Of a stretch of DNA of 64,000 bases, positions 54,138 through 64,000 are shown one piece after another; the first letter of the stretch is position 1; the number at the start of each line of letters is the position of its first letter. The position numbers and the translations under genes are program-made. The stretch spans positions 352,001 to 416,000 of the forward strand of contig CAWJIM010000023.1 in assembly GCA_963842945.1 (NCBI GenBank), in the 5' to 3' direction. The notes beneath the pieces were generated by a model that did no database searches, was not told the DNA's origin, and worked only from the letters and a program-made list of their open reading frames with translations. This DNA comes from an uncultured Gemmatimonadales bacterium. GTDB taxonomy: Bacteria; Gemmatimonadota; Gemmatimonadetes; Gemmatimonadales; GWC2-71-9.

Positions 54138-55658
54138 GCCGTCGACCCGGGGCTGTCGTCGCGCTGGAATTCGTGTTTGTCCATCAACCGGTACAACGTC
54201 GTCCGGTCGATGCTCGCGAGACGCGCGGCCTTGGACATGTTCCCCCCCGCTCGGCTGATCAGGCGAGTCAGGTACTCCTTTTCGAACTGGATGACCACCC
54301 GGTCCTTGGCCGGATGGTACGCCTCGTCCATGACCCCGGCAGGCGCAACCGTCTCAGCCGGCCACTCGTTCCCGTCGTCATAGACCGGGATATCGTTCGG
54401 CTGGATGTTATGGTCCGGCTCCGCCAGGACCGCCACGTGCTCGATCACGTTCTGCAGCTCCCGAACGTTGCCCCGCCAGGGTCGTGAGCGCAAGAACGCG
54501 ATGCTGGCCTCGCTCAACCGGGGAATCCGGTCGCCCATCTGGCGATGACGCTGCCAGTAGTAGGTCAGAAAGTGATTGGCCAGAAGCGGAATGTCCTCCG
54601 GGCGCTTGCGCAGCGGCGGGAGCTTGATCGGCACTACCCGCAGCCGGTAAAACAGATCGCCCCGGAGGACGCCCTCGTCCACCGCTTCCTGCGGCTCCCG
54701 GTTGGTGGCGGAGATGAACCGGACGTCTACCACCGCGTCCTGCTGTTCGCTGCCTACCCGGCGCACCACCCCGTCCTGGATGACCCGGAGGAGCTTGGCC
54801 TGAAGCGGCATTGACATCTCGGTAAGCTCGTCGAGGAAGAGCGTACCGCCGTTGGCGGTCTCCAACAGACCTGGCTTGTCCCGGTCGGCCCCGGTAAAGG
54901 CGCCCTTCCGGTGGCCGAACATTTCGGACTCGAGAAGCGGCTCAGGCAGGGCCGCGCAGTTGATCGGCACCAGCGTCCGGCTGGCCCGCCGGCTGTTCTG
55001 ATGGATGAATTGGGCGATGACCTCCTTGCCGGTGCCACTTTCCCCGCTGATGAACACCGACGCATCGGTCCCGGCCACTTTACGCGCGAGGTCGACCGCT
55101 TTGCGGAAGAGAGGCGAGATGCCGATCAGGGCGATCTTGTCGCTGTGACCGACCTGCTTCATCAGCTGGACTCTGAGGTCCTGGGCCTCACGCGACATCA
55201 TCACGGCATGCGAGGCCCGGCCAATCAGGACCTGGAGGTGGGTCGCGGAGAACGGCTTGGGCAGATAGTCCCAGGCGCCGGCCCGAAGCGCCTCGATGCT
55301 GCTGGTCACGCTCGGGTTTCCGGTCATGACCACGACGATGGTGTCCTTGTAGGCCTCCAGGGTCGGCCTGCAGGATCTCCAGGCCGGAGACCTGCGACAT
55401 ATAGAGGTCGACCAGGATGATGTCGAACTTGCGCCGGCGCACCGTCTCCAGCGCCTCCTCCCCCCGCCCGATCAGCGTGACATTGTAACCGTCCATCTGC
55501 AGCACGCTGGCGCAGCTCTCCCGGAGGGTTCGCTCGTCGTCGATCACCAGCACGCGAATGCTGGCTTTGACTTCACTGGGTATGGAGAGTGGATCGCGGG
55601 CGCTGCTGTCCGAAGCGGAAATGACATTCCGCTCGGTTTGGGCGAGAGGACTGACCAT
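54134..55658 (-). CDS. Sigma-54-dependent response regulator (NtrC family); apparent frameshift near 55365
   Basis: REC, GESGTGKE, GAFTGA, LFLDE, WRGNVRELQN, C-terminal Fis-type HTH. Confidence 0.94.
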
Positions 55659-55798
55659 CCAATGACTCCCGGGGCGGACCGCGGAGGCGGTCGGTTTAAC
55701 TCAGATCCGGGTCAGCTGACCCGGCAAGCGTGGGCGATCTCCGAACCGCCATCCGGGCGAACCAACTGCTCCCCGGAACGACAGGAGTAGTAACGTTC

Positions 55799-56861
55799 TT
55801 ACCACAACTTGACGCAAAAGTCAAGCAGGTGATGCCCCCGGTCAACAGTTTGGGTGGCTAAGCGGGTGTCAGATCGTGGGTTCCACACAACAGTTGTAGG
55901 GATGCCGCTCAGGTGGGGGAGGTCAGCGGGGCTCTGATCGAAGGCTCTCACCTGTTCCGCGTCTCCGTCCCGCTTGAGCTCGCGAAGCGCAGTTGTGGCG
56001 CGGAGCAGCAGCTCCACGGCGTCGACCGGAGACTCGGCAAAGTCGGAGACGGCGCAGTACCCGGCCCGCATTTGAGGGATCGCTCTCCCCCTCTCACGGG
56101 TATGGGCGAGCCCTCGATGCTTGCCCCCAGCCGCTGGATCAGTCGAAGAGCTCCCTCACTCGAAGTTGCCGGCGCGATCACCGCAAACTCGGCATGACTC
56201 AAACGGCCGATTGCATCCGATGCTCGTCCGGCTCGCTTGAGGAGTTGTCCGACCTGCTCGGCGATTCGCTGGATTTCCTCGTCCGAGGATTCACCGGGCC
56301 CGCTCTCTTCCGCTTCGGGGGATATGACAACGCAGGCCAGCGGATCACGGCGGCGGAACGCGTCCGCCCCAATCTCATGGGCGCGATGGGAGAGGCCCCG
56401 CATGTTGTACAGTCCGGTGCCGGGTCCAACAGGCTCTCCTCCCGGAGTGCATCCACCTCGAGCTTGCATTGCAGGAAGGTTCGCAGCTTCAGCAGCAACG
56501 ACTCGCCGTCCAGGGGCTGGCCCAGAAACTCCCAGGCGCCCGCCCGGTACGCTTCGAGTCGCTGGGTACGGCCTGATGGCCCTGACGTGGTGATCACGAT
56601 CGGTGTGGTGGCACTGAAGCGGGGATCGCTGCGGAGCATGCGGCACACTTCGAAGCCGTGGATGTCCGGCATCTGGGCATCGAGGATGATCATGTCCGGC
56701 TGCGCGGTTCGGGCCCGCTCCAGCGCCTGCTGCCCGGTGTAGGCTCGCACCACGGAGTAGCCATTGGGACCCAGAATGCTCTCGAGCGATCGGGCTGACC
56801 ATTCTTGATCGTTGGCGATCAGAACCATCGGCGGGGAGGAAGCGTTGTCTCTATTTGCCAT
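55799..56861 (-). CDS. REC plus degenerate GGDEF protein (probable c-di-GMP receptor); apparent frameshifts; 3' end uncertain
   Basis: REC with IILDAQMPD; TGLYN; RASD-AIGRL-SHAEF in place of RxxD-x5-GGDEF. Confidence 0.8.
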
Positions 56862-57493
56862 TGCACTTCTTGCGAGAGAGTGGAAAGGACAGCCACCGGG
56901 GCTCTCTACCGGGTAGCAGGAGTCGTGCGCTTTCGGGACAATTAGTTAACGCTCTATAACACAGAAACTTGTCGTCGGCCACTCCAGCCCGCTCCAGCAT
57001 CAGGCGGTGTGACTACGCAACAGTTTGGATGCTGGGATGCCACGGCTCTTGACACCGTGCAGGTTGTGGCAATCGAGCGGATAGGTGTGTGGTGCTGCAG
57101 CAACGGAGGGTCATGCGCGGCAGCGGTGGGCCAGCCTCGGACCTTCTCCGCCAAGCCAATGACAACGAAGAGGTTAAGCAGCCTGGATGGTGACCGATCC
57201 TCCCGCCTGCCGCCCCGCCGGTTTTTCGGCTCCATCCTTGAAGCGGACACGGGCCACCCCTAGTAGTTCCAGCCGAACTTTTATTCGGAAGCTTTACACG
57301 AATGCCGATTGAACCGCTGCCTGACGTCACCGGCAACCGACGAGGGACAGGACGACCTCAAGCCTTCAGATCAGGCAGAGCTGCCAGTCGACCTTTCCCA
57401 GTTCAGTCAGCGACTGGCCAGCTTCGGCTTGGGCGAGTCGCCCGACCCGCTGCTGACGGAGGCACGTCCCCCCGCCAAGCGTCGACCGCAGCA

Positions 57494-57534
57494 ACTGACT
57501 AGGGTCACAATCATGTACCGTGAGTCGCATCACA
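57494..57534. promoter_or_regulatory. Tandem CRP-like operators upstream of the polysaccharide cluster
   Basis: ACTGA-CTAGGG-TCACA (57494-57509) and CGTGA-GTCGCA-TCACA (57519-57534). Confidence 0.6.
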
Positions 57535-57663
57535 GGTGTCCCGTTCGGGCGCGTGTTAGGCTAATTTGGGGCTTCTTCCAGCCATTGGTCCACCCGCTCG
57601 AATAGAGGGATGCTGTTTTGTCGGTTTCGATGACTGAACTTTTTCCTCTCGTCGAGCGCCACC

Positions 57664-58431
57664 ATGGGAATTGCGATGCCGGGTATTCGGAGTAGCAACC
57701 CCTCGATTCCTGCCGTAACGGGTCTCGAGTCACCCCTCCCCCGTCCGCAGTACCGGGATTGGAGCCGCGGCGAGGTGGCGGAATCATCCAGCCCGGAGTG
57801 GCTGCGACGCAGCGTCAACTTTATCCTGGCGCTGGTTGCCTTGATCATTTTGCTGCCCGTCATGCTTTTGATCGCACTGCTGGTACGCCTCACCTCTCGC
57901 GGTCCAGTGTTTTACACCCAGGTCAGGGTCGGCTTCGACCGAAGGACCAACGCGCGGAGCTCGCAAAACCATCGCAGGGAGAGGAACCTGGGCGGCCAGC
58001 CCTTCACGATTTACAAGTTTCGCACCATGCGGGTGGACGCCGAGCATCAGAGTGGCGCGGTGTGGGCCCAGCAGGGCGATCCGCGGGTTACCTCGATCGG
58101 CCGGCTGCTGCGGCAGTACCGCCTGGACGAGCTGCCCCAGTTGATCAACGTGCTCCGGGGCGAGATGAACATCGTGGGTCCCCGCCCGGAGCGGCCCACC
58201 ATCTTCGCCGAGCTGCGGGAGCACATCGCCGAGTACCCGCTGCGGCAGCGGGCCCGGCCGGGAATCACCGGCCTGGCTCAGATCAATCACCACTACGACC
58301 GCTCGCTGGAAGATGTGCGGACCAAGGTGTATTACGACCTGGAGTACATCCGGCGCCAGTCGGTGGCCGAGGATTTCCGAATCATGCTCAAGACGGTACC
58401 GGTGATCCTGCTGCGCCGGGGTGGCTGGTAG
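57664..58431 (+). CDS. Polyprenyl-phosphate sugar (priming) transferase, Bac_transf family
   Basis: GPVFYTQVRVG, IYKFRTM, DPRVT, LDELPQLINVLRGEMNIVGPRPE, PGITGLAQ. Confidence 0.95.
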   Translation: MGIAMPGIRSSNPSIPAVTGLESPLPRPQYRDWSRGEVAESSSPEWLRRSVNFILALVALIILLPVMLLIALLVRLTSRGPVFYTQVRVGFDRRTNARSSQNHRRERNLGGQPFTIYKFRTMRVDAEHQSGAVWAQQGDPRVTSIGRLLRQYRLDELPQLINVLRGEMNIVGPRPERPTIFAELREHIAEYPLRQRARPGITGLAQINHHYDRSLEDVRTKVYYDLEYIRRQSVAEDFRIMLKTVPVILLRRGGW

Positions 58432-58667
58432 GCAAATTCATGGTGTCCGGTCTCTCCCCTTGCTCGTCGCCGTTGCTCCGGGGCCACAAAGCTGCCACAA
58501 TCGGGCTTCCGCCCGTGGGTGCCCACTAGAAGAGACTTTCCTTCCTCTTGCCACTCAACAACTTACGCATTCAGTTCGGCTGGACCCCGGCGGAACGGCG
58601 ATTGCTGGCATGCCGGGGTCTTGAGCCATACCTTTCCGTGTTCAAAGACAGTGAGCGACTAGTCCGC

Positions 58668-59639
58668 ATGGTCTTGGCAAACCCTCAGGCTTTCCCCCTC
58701 GGCAATCCCGACCTCTCCGTGGTTGCTCCGCTCTACAACGAGGCGGAGAACGTGCGGCCTTTGGTGGAGTGGATCCTTCAAGCCCTCGATACCTATCCGG
58801 GCGTGTTCGAGGTGATCCTGGTGGACGACGGCAGTAGAGACCACACCTGGAGCGAAATTCGGGCGGCAGCGGCGGATCCCAGAGTTCTGGGACTTCGATT
58901 GGGCCGCAATGTCGGACAGACCGCAGCCATGATGGCCGGTTTCGACCATTCCCGCGGACGAGTCATTGTCTCGCTCGATGGAGACCTGCAGAACGATCCG
59001 CGGGACATTCCGGCCCTGATTGCAAAGCTGGATGAGGGTTACGATCTCGTGTGCGGTTGGAGGCGGCAGCGGCAGGACAAACTGCTGCTGCGGAAAATTC
59101 CTTCCTGGGTCGCCAATCGCCTTATCCGTCGGCTGACGGGAGTACCCATCACCGACAATGGCTGTTCCTTGAAGGCATATCGCCGCGACCTGCTCAACCG
59201 AATCTCGCTCTATGCGGAGCAGCACCGGTTCATTCCCGCGTTGTCCGCCAGCGTGGGTGCCAGGATCACGGAAATGCCGGTCCGCCACCATGCCCGGCGA
59301 TTTGGCGAGAGCAAGTACGGTATTTCCCGAACGGTAAAGGTGCTGGTCGACCTGCTCACTCTGAAAATGATCACCACCTTCCGATCCCGCCCGCTGGTGG
59401 GCTTTGCTCTGGCGGCGGTGCCTGCCATGGCCGTCGCCGTCGTATTTGGTGCCATGTGGGTATTCAGTCTGACCCACTTTGGAGCGGACAAGGCCGCGGC
59501 GCTGGTATTTCCCGGAGCGGGGCTTCTGAGCGTCGGGGTTGCCCTCTATCTCTTCATGCTCGGCTTGGTAGCCGAAGTCGCGCTCAGCAGCGAGCGGACC
59601 GGCGCTAACGATATTCCAGCTGCCGCGGAGATTCGCTGA
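58668..59639 (+). CDS. Glycosyltransferase family 2 (ArnC/DPM1-like, two C-terminal TM helices)
   Basis: SVVAPLYNE, VDDGSRD, DGDLQNDP, HRFIP, GESKY. Confidence 0.93.
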   Translation: MVLANPQAFPLGNPDLSVVAPLYNEAENVRPLVEWILQALDTYPGVFEVILVDDGSRDHTWSEIRAAAADPRVLGLRLGRNVGQTAAMMAGFDHSRGRVIVSLDGDLQNDPRDIPALIAKLDEGYDLVCGWRRQRQDKLLLRKIPSWVANRLIRRLTGVPITDNGCSLKAYRRDLLNRISLYAEQHRFIPALSASVGARITEMPVRHHARRFGESKYGISRTVKVLVDLLTLKMITTFRSRPLVGFALAAVPAMAVAVVFGAMWVFSLTHFGADKAAALVFPGAGLLSVGVALYLFMLGLVAEVALSSERTGANDIPAAAEIR

Positions 59640-59640
59640 C

Positions 59641-60630
59641 ATGAGCACACCCGGTATCCTGATGGAGCCAATGTCCACTACGCCCACGATGCCCCACCAC
59701 TCCGAAGCCGATCTGATGTCCGTCATCGTGCCGGTGGTGGAGCGCGCGGAGGACGTGGCGGCGATGTACCGCGCCTTCGCCGAGGTCTTGGATGCGCGCG
59801 AGCAGCCCTACGAGTTCCTGTTCGTTTTCGACGGGCGAATCACTCCCCCGGCCGATCTTGTGGCCCTCAGCCGAGACAAGAACAACGTCCGGATACTCCG
59901 GTTTGCCCGTGAGTTCGGTGAGACCGCGGCGCTGCGGCTGGGAATCGAGCGGAGCCGGGGCGAGCTGATCCTGACGCTACCGGCCTATTTCCAGGTGCGT
60001 CCCGAGGGCATCGGGCAGCTGTTGGATGCGGTAGAAGCGGGGGCCGATATGGCGGTGGCGAACCGCTCGCCCCGGCTGGACAGCTGGCTCAACCGGATGC
60101 AGTCCCGCGCCTTTCACAGTATCCTCGGCGGCGTGTCACAGCAGCGCTTCCATGATATGGCGTGCGGGGTACGGGTGATGACTCGTTCGGTGGCGGAAGC
60201 GCTCCCGCTCTACGGCGATCTGCATCGCTTCATCCCCGCATTGGCGCTACGGGAGGGATATAGAGTCGAAGAGGTTCCGATGGCCCAGCACCCCAGCGAT
60301 GCCCGGGCGCGAGTATATCGGCCTGGGGTGTACTTCAGGCGTCTACTCGACATCGGGGCTTTCTTCTTCCTGGCCAAGTTCACCGAGAAGCCGCTGCGCT
60401 TCTTCGGACTGGTGGGATCGGTGTTTCTCGCGTTAGGAGCTGTGATCAGCCTTGTTCTGCTGATCCAAAGGGTGGAGGGACAGGGAATCGCCAACCGGCC
60501 GGCTCTCTTGCTCGGAGTCCTGCTGGTGGCCCTGGGAGTTCAGCTCATCGGGCTGGGCCTGGTGGGTGAGATCATCGTCCACCTGCGTGCACCCCATCGG
60601 CGAGCCTACCGGGTCCGCGAGCGGACCTGA
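59641..60630 (+). CDS. GT2 ArnC-like paralogue with degenerate catalytic motifs
   Basis: Same architecture (SVIVP, FGETAAL, HRFIP, two TM) but VFDG and LPAYFQ replace VDDGS and DxDLQ. Confidence 0.85.
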   Translation: MSTPGILMEPMSTTPTMPHHSEADLMSVIVPVVERAEDVAAMYRAFAEVLDAREQPYEFLFVFDGRITPPADLVALSRDKNNVRILRFAREFGETAALRLGIERSRGELILTLPAYFQVRPEGIGQLLDAVEAGADMAVANRSPRLDSWLNRMQSRAFHSILGGVSQQRFHDMACGVRVMTRSVAEALPLYGDLHRFIPALALREGYRVEEVPMAQHPSDARARVYRPGVYFRRLLDIGAFFFLAKFTEKPLRFFGLVGSVFLALGAVISLVLLIQRVEGQGIANRPALLLGVLLVALGVQLIGLGLVGEIIVHLRAPHRRAYRVRERT

Positions 60631-60706
60631 GCGTCGTTAGCCTTCAGTGATGATGTCGACATGCAGGGCTCTCGAATGAGGCTCCCGACATCAGCCTTAT
60701 TGGGCC

Positions 60707-62230
60707 ATGCGACGCGACCTCTCTAGACTCCTCGAGCGAACGTTCGACCTTCTGGTCGTGGGGGCAGGCATTCAGGGTGCCTGCATCGCCTGGGACGCGT
60801 GTCTGCGAGGGTTGACCGTAGCCCTCGTGGACCGGGGGGACTTTGGGGCAGCCACATCCGCCAATAGCCTCGGGATCGTCCACGGCGGGCTCAGGTATCT
60901 CGCTCGCGGAGATCTGCCTCGAATGCTGGACTCGATCCGTGAGCGCTCAGCCCTCCTGCGAATCGCTCCCGGTCTGGTGGAGCCACTGCCGGTGCTCCTG
61001 CCCACCTATCAGGGCGGGCAGGGCCGTGCCGCCTACCGCACCGCCCTTCTGATCAACGATTTGATCTCCCGTACCCGGAACCGCGGGCTCCCTCCCGAGT
61101 ACGCAATTCCTGATGGCCGGGTGATCGCCAAAAGCGAGTGCCTGAGGCTCTTTCCCTGGTTTCCGGCCGACGGACTCACCGGTGGAGCCCTCTGGTACGA
61201 TGGCCGGCTCCGCCACCCTGAGCGACTTACCCTCAGCTTTGTGCGCTCTGCCGCAGAGCGGGGGGTGGTTCCGATCAATTATCTCAGGGTAGATCGGATC
61301 CTGGTCCAGGACGGGCAGGCCGCGGGGGCCCGGGTCACCGATCTTGCCCAGGGAACCCAATGCGAGGTGAAGGCCCGTTCGGTCGTGGTGGCGGCCGGAC
61401 CCTGGACGGAGAGCCTGATCTCAGGCACTCTGGGGAGGGAGGCAGGAGCCGTCACTGCGGGCCACGCCCTAGCGGTCAATATTCGGATCGATCGGGTGCT
61501 GACCAGCGTGGCCATCGGGGTAAGATCCCGAACCGGGGCGGATCTGGATCCGGTTGGGGGCGGCGGCCGTTACCTGTTTGCCGCGCCGCAGTCAGGGGGG
61601 ACCTTGCTGGGAACCTGGTACGCGCCGGCCGGGAAGGGCCACGCAAGCCCCGACCATGGTCGCATGACTCTGCTGCAAGAGTTCAACCAGGCTTGCCCCG
61701 GCCTCGAGCTCTCCGCCGCGGAAGTGACGGGCTGCCAGTGGGGCTGGCTCCCGCTCAAGGGAAGTACCGAGAGAGGAAGGAGCATGGCTCTGGCAGATCG
61801 GCCGCGGATAGTAAATCACGGTGGACCCGGCGGCATCGGACACCTCTTTTCGGTGGAGCCGGTCAAGTACACCACTGCCCGGAGTGTGGCCGAGCGGGTG
61901 GTGGATTGGGTGTTCCGCGATATGGGCAGGACAGCGCCGGCCTGCAGGACGGCCGAGGTGCCTTTGCTGCCGGCCGGCACGGAGAGAGTCTTGACGGCCA
62001 GCGACGTCCGGAGGGCAGTCCGTGAGGAGATGGCGGTCAAGCTCGGCGATATCGTCTTCCGACGCAGTGATCTGGGGAAATCTCCCCGACTCGACCAGGG
62101 AACAGTTACTGAGATTGCCCGGCTGGCCGGCGCGGAACTGGGGTGGGACACCCTGCGACAGGGTGCGGAGGTGGAAGAGGTGTTGAACTCAACGCAGCAT
62201 CCTGTGGTCGTCGAGGAGCCGGTCGGGTGA
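60707..62230 (+). CDS. FAD-dependent glycerol-3-phosphate dehydrogenase/oxidase-like protein
   Basis: VVGAGIQG, DFGAATS, VHGGLRYL, AAGPW, KYTTAR. Confidence 0.88.
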   Translation: MRRDLSRLLERTFDLLVVGAGIQGACIAWDACLRGLTVALVDRGDFGAATSANSLGIVHGGLRYLARGDLPRMLDSIRERSALLRIAPGLVEPLPVLLPTYQGGQGRAAYRTALLINDLISRTRNRGLPPEYAIPDGRVIAKSECLRLFPWFPADGLTGGALWYDGRLRHPERLTLSFVRSAAERGVVPINYLRVDRILVQDGQAAGARVTDLAQGTQCEVKARSVVVAAGPWTESLISGTLGREAGAVTAGHALAVNIRIDRVLTSVAIGVRSRTGADLDPVGGGGRYLFAAPQSGGTLLGTWYAPAGKGHASPDHGRMTLLQEFNQACPGLELSAAEVTGCQWGWLPLKGSTERGRSMALADRPRIVNHGGPGGIGHLFSVEPVKYTTARSVAERVVDWVFRDMGRTAPACRTAEVPLLPAGTERVLTASDVRRAVREEMAVKLGDIVFRRSDLGKSPRLDQGTVTEIARLAGAELGWDTLRQGAEVEEVLNSTQHPVVVEEPVG

Positions 62231-63413
62231 AGATCCTGGTCCTCGCCCCGCATCCGTTCTTCCAGGCGCGTGGTACTCCGCTTGCGGTCCGGCGAGTGCT
62301 CGAATTCCTGAGCTCCGGGGACACCAGATCGATCTCCTGACCTTCCACGAAGGCGAGGACGTCGAGATCCCCAACTGCCGGATCCACCGGATTGCCCAGC
62401 CGCTCGGAATCCGGAATATCCGGCCGGGATTTTCGGTGAAGAAAGTTGTTTGCGACCTGTTCATGTTCGTGAAGTGCCTGAAGATGGTCCGGCGGAACAG
62501 CTACGACTTGATCCATGCCGTGGAGGAGGCAGCCTTCATTGCGGCGGCGATGCAGCGCATGGCCGGCATTCCGTACGTCTACGATATGGACTCTTCACTG
62601 GCAGAGCAGCTGGTAGACGCGTATCCGGGGTTGCAATTCGCGTTCGCCACTCTGCGGCGGTGCGAAGCGGTTGCGGTAAGACACAGCCTGGGCGTCCTCA
62701 CCGTTTGCGCGGCACTGGAGGATGTGGCCCACGGGCACGCACCGGACAAACCCATCGGACGGGTCGAGGACACGACTCTGCTGATTCCCGACAGTCAGTC
62801 CGGGAACGGACGCTCGGAAGGCCTCCTTCCCGCCGGGGTTGACGGCCAGAGTCCCATCGCGATGTACGTGGGAAACCTGGAGCATTATCAGGGCATCGGC
62901 CTCCTGCTGGAAGGCTTCCGTCACGCGTTGCTTCGTGTGCCCAACGCCCACCTGGTGATCGTTGGAGGCTTGCAGGATGACATTGCGCACTACAGCCGAC
63001 GCGCGGCCCAGCTGGGTATCTCCAGTCGGGTGCATTTCCTGGGGCAGCGGCCGATCAGCGAACTGGACGACCTGTTCCGGCGGGCCGACGTGCTGGTGTC
63101 TCCCCGGCTCAAAGGCCTCAACACTCCGATGAAGATCTACTCCTACCTCGATTCCGGCACCGCGGTACTCGCGACCCGGTTGCGAACCCACACCCAGATC
63201 CTGGACGATCGGACAGCATACCTGGTCGAGCCCGATCCTGAAGCCCTGGGAGACGGACTGGCAGAGCTTCTCACCGACCCCGTGCTGCGTGAACGTCTGG
63301 CCATTCAGGCCAAGGCCTATGTGCAACAGGAGTTCACCCCCGAAGCTGCGCGCCGCAAGCTGGGCTCGTTCTATACCATGATGGAATCCAAGGCCAGTGG
63401 GGCCAGCGCGTGA
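62227..63413 (+). CDS. Glycosyltransferase family 4; apparent frameshift near 62320
   Basis: KILVLAPHPFFQARGTP, YVGNLEHYQGI, ADVLVSPR, NTPMKIYSYL. Confidence 0.9.
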
Positions 63414-64000
63414 GGAAGCTCTGGTATAGCCCCACTCTTCGAAGCGCGGTGATTTATGGAGCTTCGGGATTGGGATTTGCCGGCGCGAATCTCATCCTGG
63501 CCCGGGTGCTGCCGACCGCAGAGTATGGCCTTTTTACCCTGGTTATCGCGCTGATCAACCTGAGCTTTGCCTTGGCACCGGCAGGGGTCGATGGGATGGT
63601 GAACCGACGCCGGCTCGATACCGGCCCCAGCCTCCTTCGGCGCACCTTGCAGGCTGGGCTTATTGTCGGCGTTGGTTTTGTGATCATCGCCGAAGTTGGC
63701 TACCACATGAGTCTTCCGCTGGTACTCGTGGTCTTCGTCTCCACCATCGCCGGCGGGGCCATGCTGGTTGCCGGTGCCCAGTTCCAGAGCGAACAGCGGT
63801 ACGGGATCTCTCTGACCTTGAGTCAGAGTCCCAATCTGTTCCTGATCCTCGCGGCACTGGTCGTGGTGGTCACCGGGGTCCGGGCGATCTGGATTCCACT
63901 CGCCATCTGCACCCTCGGGTTCCTCATCGCCGCCATCTTCGGTTGGTGGATGCTCTTTCGCGAACGGACCAGCAAGCCCGCCGGGGAAAGTTCCTTCCCC
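63410..64000 (+). CDS. Wzx/MOP-like polysaccharide flippase, truncated by the window edge
   Basis: GTGA coupling with the upstream stop; MRKLWYSPTLRSAVIYGASGLGFAGANLILARVLPTAEYGLF and multiple TM segments. Confidence 0.7.
   Translation, partial: MRKLWYSPTLRSAVIYGASGLGFAGANLILARVLPTAEYGLFTLVIALINLSFALAPAGVDGMVNRRRLDTGPSLLRRTLQAGLIVGVGFVIIAEVGYHMSLPLVLVVFVSTIAGGAMLVAGAQFQSEQRYGISLTLSQSPNLFLILAALVVVVTGVRAIWIPLAICTLGFLIAAIFGWWMLFRERTSKPAGESSFP

Noticed and set aside
57009..57605. Small ORFs in the region upstream of the sugar transferase
   Set aside because: No clear RBS or recognisable motif, and the frames conflict. A frameshifted small protein at about 57302-57502 cannot be excluded but is unsupported.

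Overview
GC-rich bacterial chromosomal window. Gene content and style suggest Gemmatimonadota, but this is an inference. About two dozen single-base frameshifts, some in housekeeping-type genes, look like uncorrected long-read errors rather than pseudogenes. Layout from left to right: a sigma-70 factor and six tRNAs; a tricorn-like S41 protease; a response regulator, sulfite-oxidase-family enzyme, DedA/VTT protein and phosphodiesterase; tRNA-Arg(CCG) with a duplicated 3' fragment and a small accessory block (AKR, DUF6582-like, ligase domain); a roughly 23 kb block rich in signal-transduction genes (PAS hybrid kinases, a giant poly-HAMP kinase, receivers, HD-GYP, a lone HisKA) that also contains acnA; core genes (rho, ruvX, mltG, thiE, aroH, RlmI-like, CDF, FdhF-like, tdh, kbl, MPG, NYN); a kinase, sigma-54 activator and degenerate-GGDEF module; and the start of a surface polysaccharide cluster. 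The two strongest unexplained signals are (1) five dispersed paralogues of an unrecognised 77-110 aa protein (REAxLK..YP..P..W...HFEFRG), one missed by the ORF track and four beside two-component genes, and (2) at least five intergenic CRP-type boxes (GTGA-N6-TCAC) linking this signalling block with the polysaccharide locus. Also noted: inverted 7-/9-mer intergenic elements, apparently leaderless genes, and a structured RNA candidate upstream of the NYN nuclease.
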